Source of the DNA: Pirellulales bacterium
GTDB taxonomy: Bacteria; Planctomycetota; Planctomycetia; Pirellulales; UBA1268
Reading direction: 5' to 3'
NCBI GenBank assembly: GCA_044358905.1
Contig: JBIKND010000001.1
Coordinates: 5,476 to 69,475, forward strand
DNA: 64,000 nucleotides
Of the stretch, positions 23,494 to 32,038 are shown piece by piece. Numbering within the stretch: the first letter of the stretch is position 1; each line of letters begins with the position of its first letter. The notes beneath the pieces were generated by a model. The model saw only the letters and a list, made by a program, of their open reading frames with translations, was not told the DNA's origin and made no database searches. A program made the position numbers and the translations under genes.

Positions 23494-24120
23494 TCAGTCC
23501 TTGTCCTGCTCGTCCTCGACCACGGGCGGCTTCGTCAGCACCTCGTCCACGAGGCCGTACTCCTTGGCCTCGGTCGCCGTCAGGTAGCGGTCACGGTCGG
23601 TGTCTCGCGCGATCCGGTCGATGGGCTGGCCGGTGTGGGCGGCGAGAATGTCGTTGAGCACGGCGCGGGTCTTGATGATCTCGTCGGCCTGGATCTCGAT
23701 GTCGCTCACCTGGCCGCCGACCTGGCCGTAAGGCTGGTGGATCATCACCTTGGCGTGCGGCAGAACGAACCGCTTGCCCTTGGCGCCGCCGGCGAGCAGC
23801 ACGGCCCCGCCGCTGGCCGCGAGGCCCACGCAGTAGGTGGCCACCGGGCAGGAGAGGATCTGCATCGTGTCGTAGATCGCCATCGTGGCGGTCACGCTGC
23901 CGCCGGGCGAGTTGATGTAGAAGTGGATGTCCTTCCGCCGGTTCTCGCTCTGCAGATAGAGCAACTTCATCACGAGTTCGTTGGCGTTGCCGTCGTAGAT
24001 CTCGCCCTGCAGGAGGATGATCCGGTTCTCGAGCAGCAGGTCGCCGAGCGTCATCTGCCGCTGCCGCTGGTAGTCGCGGTAGGCGGAGGCGGCGGCAGGA
24101 GCGAAGGGAGCGGGCTGCAT
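23494..24120 (-). CDS. clpP: ATP-dependent Clp protease proteolytic subunit, second paralog
   Basis: Lies inside ORF 23494..24246. I trimmed it to [12 protein letters not shown] (ATG at 24120). Typical sequences [33 protein letters not shown] and MIHQPYG are present. Confidence 0.9.
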   Translation of the reverse strand: MQPAPFAPAAASAYRDYQRQRQMTLGDLLLENRIILLQGEIYDGNANELVMKLLYLQSENRRKDIHFYINSPGGSVTATMAIYDTMQILSCPVATYCVGLAASGGAVLLAGGAKGKRFVLPHAKVMIHQPYGQVGGQVSDIEIQADEIIKTRAVLNDILAAHTGQPIDRIARDTDRDRYLTATEAKEYGLVDEVLTKPPVVEDEQDKD

Positions 24121-24164
24121 GGGGCGTCTCGAAGGAATGAAAGGGAGCGGGAGCGACCGGCGAC

Positions 24165-25649
24165 TCAGCCTCGGACACCCGGCCGAGGCGCCGCCTCGGC
24201 CTGCGTGGCCGTCGGGATCTCCTCTTCGCCGATCACGCTGCCGCACACGGCATGGTCGATGGCCTCGGCGTCGGGCCGCGGAAAATCGAACGGCGTGTCC
24301 TTGAAGGCGGCGTGCGACGTGACGAGCTCGATCGTCTTTCGCTCGATGATCTGGTTGCGGAGCACGTCCATCAGGCCGCGGCGCTCGAGGCCGGCCCGCA
24401 CCCGGCGCGGCGACTCGCCCGACTGGGCGGCGATCGCCCGAATCTCCTCGTCATAGTCGGCGGCCGTGTCGGCGATCCCCTCCTCCTCGGCGATCCGCTC
24501 CAGGATGAAGTGCTCCTTGAGGGCCCGGGCCGTGCTCGCCAAGACGCTCTGCCGCAGTTCGTTGACGTGCCGACGGATCGCGTCGTCGTCGAAGCCGCTG
24601 CGGCGCAGTTCGAGAATCGCCCGCTCCAGCTCGCGCTGGGCCTGCCGCTTGAGCAGGTCCGGCGGCAGATCCCATGAGGCCGAGGCGGTCAGGGCACTGG
24701 CCACCTGCTGACGCACCTGCCTCCGGCGGTGCCACTCGAGCTGCCCGTCGAGCTGCTTGCGAACGAGCCCCTTGAGGGCGTCCTCCGACTCGAACCCACC
24801 GAGTTCCTCGAGCAAAGCCGGTGTCATTTCCGGCAATTCGTGCTTCTTGACCTCGAGGATGTCGACCTCCAGGTCGACGTCCTTGCCGCGCAGGTCCTCG
24901 ACCGCGGCCTCATCGGCCACGCGGACCTTCGCCTTCACGGTCGAGCCGGCCGTGGCCTTCTTGACCAAGGCGTCGAATCCCGGCAGTTCGGCATCGGCGA
25001 ACGAGAGCTTGGGGCGCACCACGATCTCCGCCTCGGACGCCTCCGAAAGGAGCCGGTCGCCGTCCCGGAACCGCAGGTTGGCGACGACCAGGTCCCCCAT
25101 CGACGGCGATCCGTCGTGGGGCACGAACCGGCCGCGCTCGGCGAGCAGGTTTGCCAGGGCCTCGTCGACATCGGCGTCGGCGATCTCGCGGGCGGGCCGG
25201 GTGATCGACAGACCCTTCCATTTCGGCAGCTCGAACTCGGGCCGGACCTCGATTGAAAACTCGAAGGTCATCGGTCCGTCTTCGGGAAGCAGCACGGCGG
25301 CGACGTCGAGCTCCGGCTCGCTGATCGGTGCCAGCTTCTGCTGCTCCGACACCTGCGTCATCGCGTCGGTGAGCAGCTTCGAGCGGATTTGGTCCGACAG
25401 TTCGGTCTTGAAGCGGCTGCCGACCAGCCGCCGCGGCGCGCGACCGGGACGAAAGCCGGGCAGGAGGGCCGAAGGCACGAGTTCCCCGAGCGCCTCGTCC
25501 TGGTAGCGGACGATGTCCTCGCGGGGAATCGAGACCTTCACCCGCCGCTGGCAGGTGGAGACCTTGTCGATCGAGACGTCGAGATTGAGCGACTGGGCCG
25601 CAGCCTCGGGGGTGGCGACGGCGGCGGACGAGGATTCGGACGAGGCCAT
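24165..25649 (-). CDS. tig: Trigger factor
   Basis: Lies inside ORF 24165..25742. I trimmed it to MASSESSSAAV (ATG at 25649). The trigger-factor N-domain sequence is PGFRPGRAPRRLV. Position upstream of clpP is the usual arrangement. Confidence 0.9.
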   Translation of the reverse strand: MASSESSSAAVATPEAAAQSLNLDVSIDKVSTCQRRVKVSIPREDIVRYQDEALGELVPSALLPGFRPGRAPRRLVGSRFKTELSDQIRSKLLTDAMTQVSEQQKLAPISEPELDVAAVLLPEDGPMTFEFSIEVRPEFELPKWKGLSITRPAREIADADVDEALANLLAERGRFVPHDGSPSMGDLVVANLRFRDGDRLLSEASEAEIVVRPKLSFADAELPGFDALVKKATAGSTVKAKVRVADEAAVEDLRGKDVDLEVDILEVKKHELPEMTPALLEELGGFESEDALKGLVRKQLDGQLEWHRRRQVRQQVASALTASASWDLPPDLLKRQAQRELERAILELRRSGFDDDAIRRHVNELRQSVLASTARALKEHFILERIAEEEGIADTAADYDEEIRAIAAQSGESPRRVRAGLERRGLMDVLRNQIIERKTIELVTSHAAFKDTPFDFPRPDAEAIDHAVCGSVIGEEEIPTATQAEAAPRPGVRG

Positions 25650-25794
25650 GGACGTTTCCGGCGGGGCGGGACTGGGAAGGGAACGATGCGTCAGGACGGA
25701 TCGGCGACACCCCTGACCGACGGCGCGGCAGGAGCGTGCCACTCACCGCCGCCCGGCGGGGCCGACCCATGGCGGGACAGTGGCGAATCAGGGA

Positions 25795-25867
25795 AGCGGG
25801 TGATGGGATTCGAACCCACGACAACCACGTTGGCAACGTGGTGCTCTACCAACTGAGCTACACCCGC
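25795..25867 (-). tRNA. tRNA-Gly (anticodon GCC)
   Basis: The reverse complement folds as a cloverleaf. Acceptor stem is GCGGGTG/CACCCGC, D stem GCTC/GAGC, anticodon stem CCACG/CGTGG with loop TTGCCAA, and T arm GTGGG-TTCGAAT-CCCAT. No CCA end is encoded. Confidence 0.95.
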
Positions 25868-26093
25868 ACGAACACCGGATGGCGACCTCCCGGGAGCGGG
25901 AAATCAGCCGTTCCTGCGTTCAGGAACCCGGCGATTATAGGGGTGGCAGACCCCGCCGCAAGATCACCATCCGGGTAAACGGGGATTTCTGCGCAGGGTT
26001 TCCCGCTGCGGTGCCACAGCCCTCGGTCGAAGGTAGACTCCCGTGGGCGGCGGCCGCCGCCCCGGATCCCCCCCGACACCTGGGCCTCCTGCC

Positions 26094-26627
26094 ATGGAAG
26101 TCCGTTTCGTCATCGTCTCGCCCGCCAGCCAAAAGCGGTCCATAGCGCTCCGGCTGCCGATCCTCGTGGGCCGCTCCGAAGAGGCGAAGTTCCGCGTCCA
26201 GCAAGACAGCGTCAGCCGCCGACACTGCGAGTTCTTCATCAAGGATGAAGCGGTGTTCGTCCGCGACCTCGGCTCGACCAACGGCACGCTCCTCGACGAC
26301 GAGGAGATCGCCGCCAGCGTGGCGACTCTCGTCCCGCCCGGGGCGGTGGTCCGGGTCGGCGGGGTCGCGTTCCGCGTCGACTACGAGTCGGTTGCGGCGG
26401 CCCGGCCCGCCACGCCGGCTGGTGACGACACGGTGCCGCTGCCCGCCGGGACGGTCGCCGATGCCGAGGAGGCCGCACCGGCCGACCAGGGTGACACGGC
26501 CTTCGCCGGCCTCGCTGCGGCGGAGGAACCACCGGCCGCCGACCTCGACTGGCCGACCGCCGAAGCCGCGTCCGCGCAGCCCGCCGACGACGACAACCTC
26601 AACGACTTCTTCAAGAGCCTCTCATGA
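26094..26627 (+). CDS. FHA domain protein with an acidic C-terminal tail
   Basis: Lies inside ORF 26043..26627. I trimmed it to MEVRFVIVSP (ATG at 26094). The FHA core is LPILVGRSEEAKFRVQQDSVSRRHCEFFIKDEAVFVRDLGSTNGTLL. Its stop overlaps the panB ATG (ATGA). Confidence 0.85.
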   Translation: MEVRFVIVSPASQKRSIALRLPILVGRSEEAKFRVQQDSVSRRHCEFFIKDEAVFVRDLGSTNGTLLDDEEIAASVATLVPPGAVVRVGGVAFRVDYESVAAARPATPAGDDTVPLPAGTVADAEEAAPADQGDTAFAGLAAAEEPPAADLDWPTAEAASAQPADDDNLNDFFKSLS

Positions 26628-27433
26628 CGCAGCCACCGGCTCCCGCGCGGCGGGTCGCGGTGCCCGACCTGGCGGCGGCCCGACGGGCGAGCCGGCCGAT
26701 CACGATGGTCACGGCCTACGACTGGCCGACCGGCCGGCTGGCCGACGAAGCGGGCGTCGATTGCGTGCTCGTCGGAGACAGCGTGGCGATGGTGGTCGCG
26801 GGCCGATCCTCGACGATCCCCGCCACGCTCGAGCAGATGATCTACCACGGCGAGATCGTGGCCCGGGCCGTGCGCCGCGCGCTGGTCGTGGTCGACCTGC
26901 CGTTCCCGTTGCAGCACCTCGGCGTCCGCACGGCGGTGGAATCCTGCGCCCGGATCCTCAAGGAGACCGGCTGCCAGGCGGTGAAGCTCGAGGGCACGGC
27001 CGGGCAGGCCGACGTCATCGCCGGCCTCGTGGCCGCCGGCATCCCGGTCATGGCCCACGTCGGCCTGCGACCCCAGGCGGTGCACCAGCTCGGGGGCTAC
27101 CGGATGCAACGCGATCTCGACGCCGTCGTGGCCGACGCCCAGGCCGCAGCCGACGCCGGTGCGTTCGCCGCGGTTCTCGAATGCATTCCTCGGGAGGCGG
27201 CCCGCGTCGTCACCGCGACGGTCGGCATTCCCACGATCGGCATCGGCGCCGGCCCCGACTGCGACGGCCAGGTGCTCGTGATGCACGACCTGCTGGGTCT
27301 GTCGTTCGACCGCGTGCCGAAGTTCGTGCGGGCCTACGCCGACGCCAAGGCCACGCTCGGGGACGCGATCGCCCGCTGGCGGACCGATGTGGAGCGCCGC
27401 GCGTTTCCCGGGCCCGCAGAAACGCTCGGCTGA
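26624..27433 (+). CDS. panB: 3-methyl-2-oxobutanoate hydroxymethyltransferase
   Basis: 269 aa. Typical sequences ITMVTAYDWPTGRLADEAGVDCVLVGDSVAMVV, VKLEG and IGIGAGPDCDGQVLV are present. Confidence 0.95.
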   Translation: MTQPPAPARRVAVPDLAAARRASRPITMVTAYDWPTGRLADEAGVDCVLVGDSVAMVVAGRSSTIPATLEQMIYHGEIVARAVRRALVVVDLPFPLQHLGVRTAVESCARILKETGCQAVKLEGTAGQADVIAGLVAAGIPVMAHVGLRPQAVHQLGGYRMQRDLDAVVADAQAAADAGAFAAVLECIPREAARVVTATVGIPTIGIGAGPDCDGQVLVMHDLLGLSFDRVPKFVRAYADAKATLGDAIARWRTDVERRAFPGPAETLG

Positions 27434-27672
27434 AGCGGACGCCGGCCAGGATGGCGGCATGCCCGTGCGCCGTTCCAGGTCACATGCCGAACGACCGTCC
27501 GCCCGGATGGCGGACCCGTCGCCGCCGGAGGGCGGCACAAGCGGACGCCGGCCAGGATGGCGGCGTGCCCGTGCGCCGTCCCAGGTCACATGCCGAACGA
27601 CCGTCCGCCTGGATGGCGGACCCGTCGCCGCCGGAGGGCGGCACAAGCGGACGCCGGCCAGGATGGCGGCGT
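27433..27672 (+). repeat. 106-bp tandem repeat, 2.26 copies, with three hairpins per unit
   Basis: Units span 27433-27538, 27539-27644 and 27645-27672 (partial). Units 1 and 2 differ at 3 of 106 positions. The hairpins are cggcatg...catgccg, gtccgcc-cggat-ggcggac and gccgcc-ggag-ggcggc. Confidence 0.9.
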
Positions 27673-27681
27673 CCGCGCTCT

Positions 27682-28104
27682 TTACGGCAGCACGACTTCG
27701 TCGGAAATGATCACCGGCTTGCCGGCCGTCACGCCGGCGGGCGTCGGCAACGCGGCTCCGGCCCCGGGACCAGGTGAACCGCCGGGGCCGGCGGGCACGC
27801 CCATTCCCGGAGGCGCGGCCATCCGACCCTCGACGACTCCGCCCTGGCAGCCGTCGCAGCCGGGGGCCGGCGGGCAGGCATCCTGGCACGGCGCTCCCTG
27901 ACCACAGACCCGCGGCGGGGCGGCCGCCGGCGCGGCGCCCGGTGGCACGAAGCCGGGCGGAAGGTGGCCGAAGCACTTCTCGTACTTCCAGACCTCGAGC
28001 GCGATGTACCGCTCGTTCAATGATTTGCAGCCGCTGCCGGCGGCCATCACGGCGAGCAGCGGCAGGCTCGCGACCACGCGCGCCTTCCATCCCCAGGCAG
28101 TCAT
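27682..28104 (-). CDS. Hypothetical Cys- and Pro-rich lipoprotein
   Basis: 140 aa. The signal and lipobox region is LPLLAVMAAGSGC. A Cys cluster reads VCGQGAPCQDACPPAPGCDGCQGG. Confidence 0.55.
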   Translation of the reverse strand: MTAWGWKARVVASLPLLAVMAAGSGCKSLNERYIALEVWKYEKCFGHLPPGFVPPGAAPAAAPPRVCGQGAPCQDACPPAPGCDGCQGGVVEGRMAAPPGMGVPAGPGGSPGPGAGAALPTPAGVTAGKPVIISDEVVLP

Positions 28105-28293
28105 CGCTTCATCTCCCGACTGGCGTTGCGGCTTCGGGCGGTTCGCGGCGGAGGCGACGCGATCCGAAACCTGGCAACCCTACCCCATGCGGGAGGCGCG
28201 GCAAACGAAATGGGGCGGTCGCATGCCGCCCCGTCGGGAAGCGCTGAGAACCTGTGCGGGTCATGCCGCCGAAGGCGGCAGCGTCAACGCGGA

Positions 28294-28383
28294 TCAGCCC
28301 TTGCGGTGCCGGATTCGCGCCCGCATCCGTCGCTTCTTCTGGCCGAGTTTTCGCCGGCCCTTGCCCGTTTTCTTGACGCCCAT
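28294..28383 (-). CDS. 29-aa highly basic mini-protein, reminiscent of bTHX/bS22-type ribosome-associated peptides. Below the ORF-track size cutoff.
   Basis: Hand translation gives MGVKKTGKGRRKLGQKKRRMRARIRHRKG followed by a stop. GGAG lies 9 nt upstream of the ATG at 28383. It sits in an otherwise empty gap of about 380 nt. Confidence 0.5.
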   Translation of the reverse strand: MGVKKTGKGRRKLGQKKRRMRARIRHRKG

Positions 28384-28485
28384 GCTGGTCTCCACGTGAA
28401 GGGCGGAATCCGCCCGATCCATCTCGGCGTCAGGTTGTAAGATGGTCGCCCGGTCGTTTCAAGCGCCTCACGGCAGCGGCACCGC

Positions 28486-29520
28486 ATGATTGTCCTCTTT
28501 CCCACCTACGCCCGGCAGCTCGTCGACACCGGCGGCTGGCGGGCCACCGTGGCCGGCATGGTCACCCGGCCCCTCCCTGCCCGGAGCCACCGGCGGTCGC
28601 TCGCCGTGGCGGTGCTCAAGCGGCTCCTGGAGCTCGACGAGTCCGACCTCGACACCGACGTCTTTCGCCGCCGCGCCGAGGCCTTCCTCTTCCAACGGGT
28701 CGCCGGTGCCCGGGTGAGAATCGATCTCGGCGCCGCCACCGGCGCCGTGGCGATCTCCGACCGCACCGGGCACTTTCGGGTCGATGTCGACCTGCCGGCC
28801 GACGTCGTGGACCGCGACGCGACGCGTCAGGGTGGCCGGGCGCGGATCGATTGCCGGGCCCTGCTCGACGATGAGGACGGCCCACACGACGGCGTTGCGG
28901 CGGCGGGCACGGTCGACCTGGTGGGCCCCGCGGGCCTGTCGGTGATCTCCGACATCGACGACACGGTGAAGGTCACCAATGTGGCCGACAAGAAGGAGCT
29001 CCTGCGCAACACGCTTCTCCGGGAGTTCACGGCGATCCCGGGGATCGCCGACGTGTATCGCCGCTGGGAGCGGCACGGCACCGCGTTCCACTACGTCTCG
29101 GCAAGCCCCTGGCAGCTCGCCACTTGCCTGGGCGGGTTCATCGAGGCGGCGGGCCTGCCGGCTGGCTCGATGCATCTCAAACTGTTCCGGCTCAAGGACT
29201 CCACACCGCTGGGCAGGCTGCCGTCGCGGAAGCGGTCGAAGCGACGGGCGATCGAACAGGTGATGGACGACTTCCCCGGCCGCCGCTTCCTCCTCGTGGG
29301 CGACTCGGGCGAACGCGATCCGGAGGTCTACGCGGAGGTCGCCCGCCGCCGGCCGGAGCAGGTGACCGGGATCGCCATTCGCCAGGTCGAAGGTCGGCTT
29401 TCGCTGCGCCGGCAGCGGCCCTGGCTCGACCGCATCGCACGCCGACTGCCCGAAGGCTTCATGACGGTGTTCACGGAGCCCGCCGAACTCGACGACTGCT
29501 TCCCGGCCTGCTGCCGGTGA
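28486..29520 (+). CDS. App1-family phosphatidate phosphatase-like protein (DUF2183)
   Basis: 344 aa. It has the HAD-like DxDxT motif VISDIDDTVKV, plus SASPWQL and LVGDSGERDPEVY, all characteristic of DUF2183/App1. Confidence 0.8.
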   Translation: MIVLFPTYARQLVDTGGWRATVAGMVTRPLPARSHRRSLAVAVLKRLLELDESDLDTDVFRRRAEAFLFQRVAGARVRIDLGAATGAVAISDRTGHFRVDVDLPADVVDRDATRQGGRARIDCRALLDDEDGPHDGVAAAGTVDLVGPAGLSVISDIDDTVKVTNVADKKELLRNTLLREFTAIPGIADVYRRWERHGTAFHYVSASPWQLATCLGGFIEAAGLPAGSMHLKLFRLKDSTPLGRLPSRKRSKRRAIEQVMDDFPGRRFLLVGDSGERDPEVYAEVARRRPEQVTGIAIRQVEGRLSLRRQRPWLDRIARRLPEGFMTVFTEPAELDDCFPACCR

Positions 29521-29539
29521 ACCGGAGCCGCCGCGCCGC

Positions 29540-29914
29540 TCACAGCGGGCTGTCGAAGGCGTTCTGGTAGTGCTCCACGACCGGCTGGCCGGCGGCGGGA
29601 AACGTCACCGCCACCACGTCGAGCCGCACGCTGCAGTCCTCGAGCCGGTGCCGGCGGATGTAGGCCGTGGCCAGTTCGGCGATTCGCCGCTGCTTGACGT
29701 GGCCCACCGTCTCGGCCGGGTGCCCGTGCAGCGTGTCCGATCGCGACCGCACCTCGACGAACACCACGGTGCGGCCGTCGAGGGCGACGATGTCGATGTC
29801 GCCGCGGAGCACCCGCTCCCGGCGGCCCACGATCCGGTAGCCGAGGCCGCGCAGGTACGCGGCCGCCGCATCCTCGCCACGGCGGCCGAGTTCGTCACGC
29901 GGAGGCGCCGGCAC
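29540..29914 (-). CDS. YraN family protein (UPF0102, endonuclease-like)
   Basis: 124 aa. The sequence GEDAAAAYLRGLGYRIVGRRERVLRGDIDIVALDGRTVVFVEVRSRS...VRLDVVAV matches the family. Confidence 0.85.
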   Translation of the reverse strand: MPAPPRDELGRRGEDAAAAYLRGLGYRIVGRRERVLRGDIDIVALDGRTVVFVEVRSRSDTLHGHPAETVGHVKQRRIAELATAYIRRHRLEDCSVRLDVVAVTFPAAGQPVVEHYQNAFDSPL

Positions 29915-29929
29915 GGGGTCGGCTTCCCG

Positions 29930-30346
29930 TCAGGCCCGGGCCGAAGCCGCCTGCTTGGCGGCCTTCTTGCCCTTGCCGGCCGCGTCGGCCGCGACGTCGT
30001 CGCGCTTCTCGCGGAGCCGCGTCGACTTCCCGGCCCGGTCGCGGAGGTAATAGAGCTTCGCCCGGCGGGCCACGCCCGACCGCTTGACCTCGATCTTGGC
30101 GATCTTCGGCGAGTGGATCGGGAACTTGCGCTCCACGCCCTCGCCCGCCACGATCCGCCGCACGACGAACATCTCCCGGCTGCCGGCACCGCTCTTGGCG
30201 ATCACCACGCCGTTGAAGATCTGAATCCGCTCCTTCTCGCCCTCGAGAATCCGGGTGTGGACGTCGACGGTATCGCCGATGGCGAACTCGGGCACCTGGG
30301 ACTTGAGGCTCGAGGCCTCGACGCGCTTGAGAATCTCGCGGCTCAT
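29930..30346 (-). CDS. rplS: 50S ribosomal protein L19
   Basis: Lies inside ORF 29930..30865. I trimmed it to [15 protein letters not shown] (ATG at 30346), with AGGAG 7 nt upstream. There is an ATGA overlap with the trmD stop. The conserved sequence [26 protein letters not shown] is present. Confidence 0.95.
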   Translation of the reverse strand: MSREILKRVEASSLKSQVPEFAIGDTVDVHTRILEGEKERIQIFNGVVIAKSGAGSREMFVVRRIVAGEGVERKFPIHSPKIAKIEVKRSGVARRAKLYYLRDRAGKSTRLREKRDDVAADAAGKGKKAAKQAASARA

Positions 30347-31071
30347 GATCCGCTCCTGTGACACGGGGCTGGGGACTGGACGGTGGATGATCTGGGGCTG
30401 GCGAGATCCCGGCGCTGGGTGGCGGCGAGCGCCTGCTCGTGCCGCCAGCGGGCGATCCGGCCGTGGTCGCCGGAGAGCAGGACCTCGGGCACCTCGAGGC
30501 CGCGAAACTCGCGCGGCCGGGTGTACTGCGGCCCCTCGACGAGCCGCTCCGCCCCGGAAAAGGAATCCTGGACGGCGCTTTCCGCATCGCCGAGCACGCC
30601 GGGCAGGAGCCTCGTGACGGCCTCGACGACTACCATCGCGGCCACTTCGCCTCCGGAGAGCACATAGTCGCCGATCGAAATCTCGTCGGCGGCGAGCGTC
30701 TCCCGGACCCGCGCGTCGAAGCCCTCGTAGCGGCCGCAGACCAGCACCAGCCGCGGGTGGCGCGAGAGTTCCTCGACCACGGACTGATCGAGCCGCCGGC
30801 CGCCGGGCGTCAGCATCACCACGTGGCCCGGCGCGGGGCAGGCGGCCTGCACGGACTCCACGCACGACACGACCGGCTCGGGCATCAACAGCATGCCGGG
30901 GCCGCCGCCATAGGGCCGGTCATCGACCTGCCGGTGCACGCCGGCCGCGAACTCGCGAAAGTTCGTCAGGCGAATGTCGACGATCCCCGCCTTCCGCGCG
31001 CTGCCCAGCAGGCTTCCGTCGAGGAAGCTCGTGAACATTTCCGGAAACAGGGTGACGATGTCGATGCGCAT
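30343..31071 (-). CDS. trmD: tRNA (guanine37-N1)-methyltransferase
   Basis: 242 aa. Typical sequences [26 protein letters not shown] and [12 protein letters not shown] are present. Confidence 0.95.
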   Translation of the reverse strand: MRIDIVTLFPEMFTSFLDGSLLGSARKAGIVDIRLTNFREFAAGVHRQVDDRPYGGGPGMLLMPEPVVSCVESVQAACPAPGHVVMLTPGGRRLDQSVVEELSRHPRLVLVCGRYEGFDARVRETLAADEISIGDYVLSGGEVAAMVVVEAVTRLLPGVLGDAESAVQDSFSGAERLVEGPQYTRPREFRGLEVPEVLLSGDHGRIARWRHEQALAATQRRDLASPRSSTVQSPAPCHRSGS

Positions 31072-31140
31072 GGCGACGGGTGCATTCGAGATCCTGGCCT
31101 CGGGACAATCGGCCGGCAGCGCCGATGGCTCGGGAGGGAG

Positions 31141-31599
31141 TTACTCAGCCGGCGTCTCCGCGGCGGCCGGAGCCTCGGCCACGGCCGTCGCCTCGGCGGA
31201 CGGCTCAGTCGCGGCTTCTGCGGCGGCCGGCTCCCCGGCCGGAGCCGGTTCGTTCTTTGGGGCCGGCACGAACGCGGGCTCACCAGGGTCGGGCACGATC
31301 CGCGGCATCGACAGCCGGGCGCGGGCCTCTTCCATCTGCTTCACGTGCGTGCCGTTCGGGCCATACTTCTTGATCAACACCCGCACCGCATCGCTCGGCT
31401 GGGCGCCGACGGACAGCCAATGCTGGATCCGCGGGCCGTCGAGGGTGCAGCGGGCGTCGGTTTCCTTGATGTGCGGATCGTAGGTGCCGATCTCCTCGAT
31501 CACGCGGCCGTCCCGCGGGCTGCGCCGGTCGGACGCACAGATGCGGTAATACTCGCGGTTCTTCCGACCCATCCGCTTCATTCGAATCACGACTGCCAC
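31141..31599 (-). CDS. rpsP: 30S ribosomal protein S16 with an Ala/Pro/Glu-rich C-terminal extension
   Basis: Lies inside ORF 31141..31788. A GTG start at 31599 gives (M)AVVIRMKRMGRKNREYYRI, which aligns with the S16 N-terminus. GGAG lies about 11 nt upstream. Confidence 0.9.
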   Translation of the reverse strand: MAVVIRMKRMGRKNREYYRICASDRRSPRDGRVIEEIGTYDPHIKETDARCTLDGPRIQHWLSVGAQPSDAVRVLIKKYGPNGTHVKQMEEARARLSMPRIVPDPGEPAFVPAPKNEPAPAGEPAAAEAATEPSAEATAVAEAPAAAETPAE

Positions 31600-31686
31600 G
31601 GTTGCTGCGCTCCAAAAAAGGCCTGTCCGGTCGAGCCCCCCATAGTACCCGACGGCGGCGGGAACCCAAGGGCGCCCTGAAGGGGG

Positions 31687-31704
31687 GATTTTCCCGGGAA
31701 AATC
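31687..31704. promoter_or_regulatory. Perfect 18-bp palindrome GATTTTCCCGGGAAAATC upstream of rpsP. Candidate operator or 5'-UTR hairpin.
   Basis: Read directly from the sequence. It lies 88 nt upstream of the rpsP GTG. A related imperfect copy, gtttcccggggaaaaatc, is at 31843-31860. Confidence 0.3.
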
Positions 31705-32038
31705 ACTGTCCGGCCCTCCTTGTTTCGGCTGCCGCCCCTCACGGCCGGGAACTTTTCGCGCTGCATCGGCGCCGCGCACTCGGTGCACCTTTCAAGGGCA
31801 ACCCGTCTGCCACCACGCGGCCGCTCTCCTCCGGAGCACCTGGTTTCCCGGGGAAAAATCGGGCCTCACCGCAGCGCGCCGGAAAACCCTTGCCTTTGGC
31901 ACGCGATCTGCCGCCGGAGTCGTGTGGACGACGTCCATCGGAGCAGCGGACATGCAGCGAGTTCTCTTCCTCGGAGGCGCCACATCCGCGGGCGGGCGGC
32001 GCGGAGCGTCAACGTCAGGGTCCGTGCCGACGAAGGCC

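Noticed and set aside
27433-27672. Possible CRISPR array
   Set aside because: The units are contiguous with a 106-bp period and have no unique spacers. There are only 2.26 copies, and no cas genes are in the window.
27334-27901. ORFs 27334..27540 (-), 27387..27710 (+) and 27557..27901 (+), which cover the tandem repeat
   Set aside because: They are generated by the repeat itself, since the same peptide strings recur. They overlap each other, and the last one runs antisense into the lipoprotein gene.
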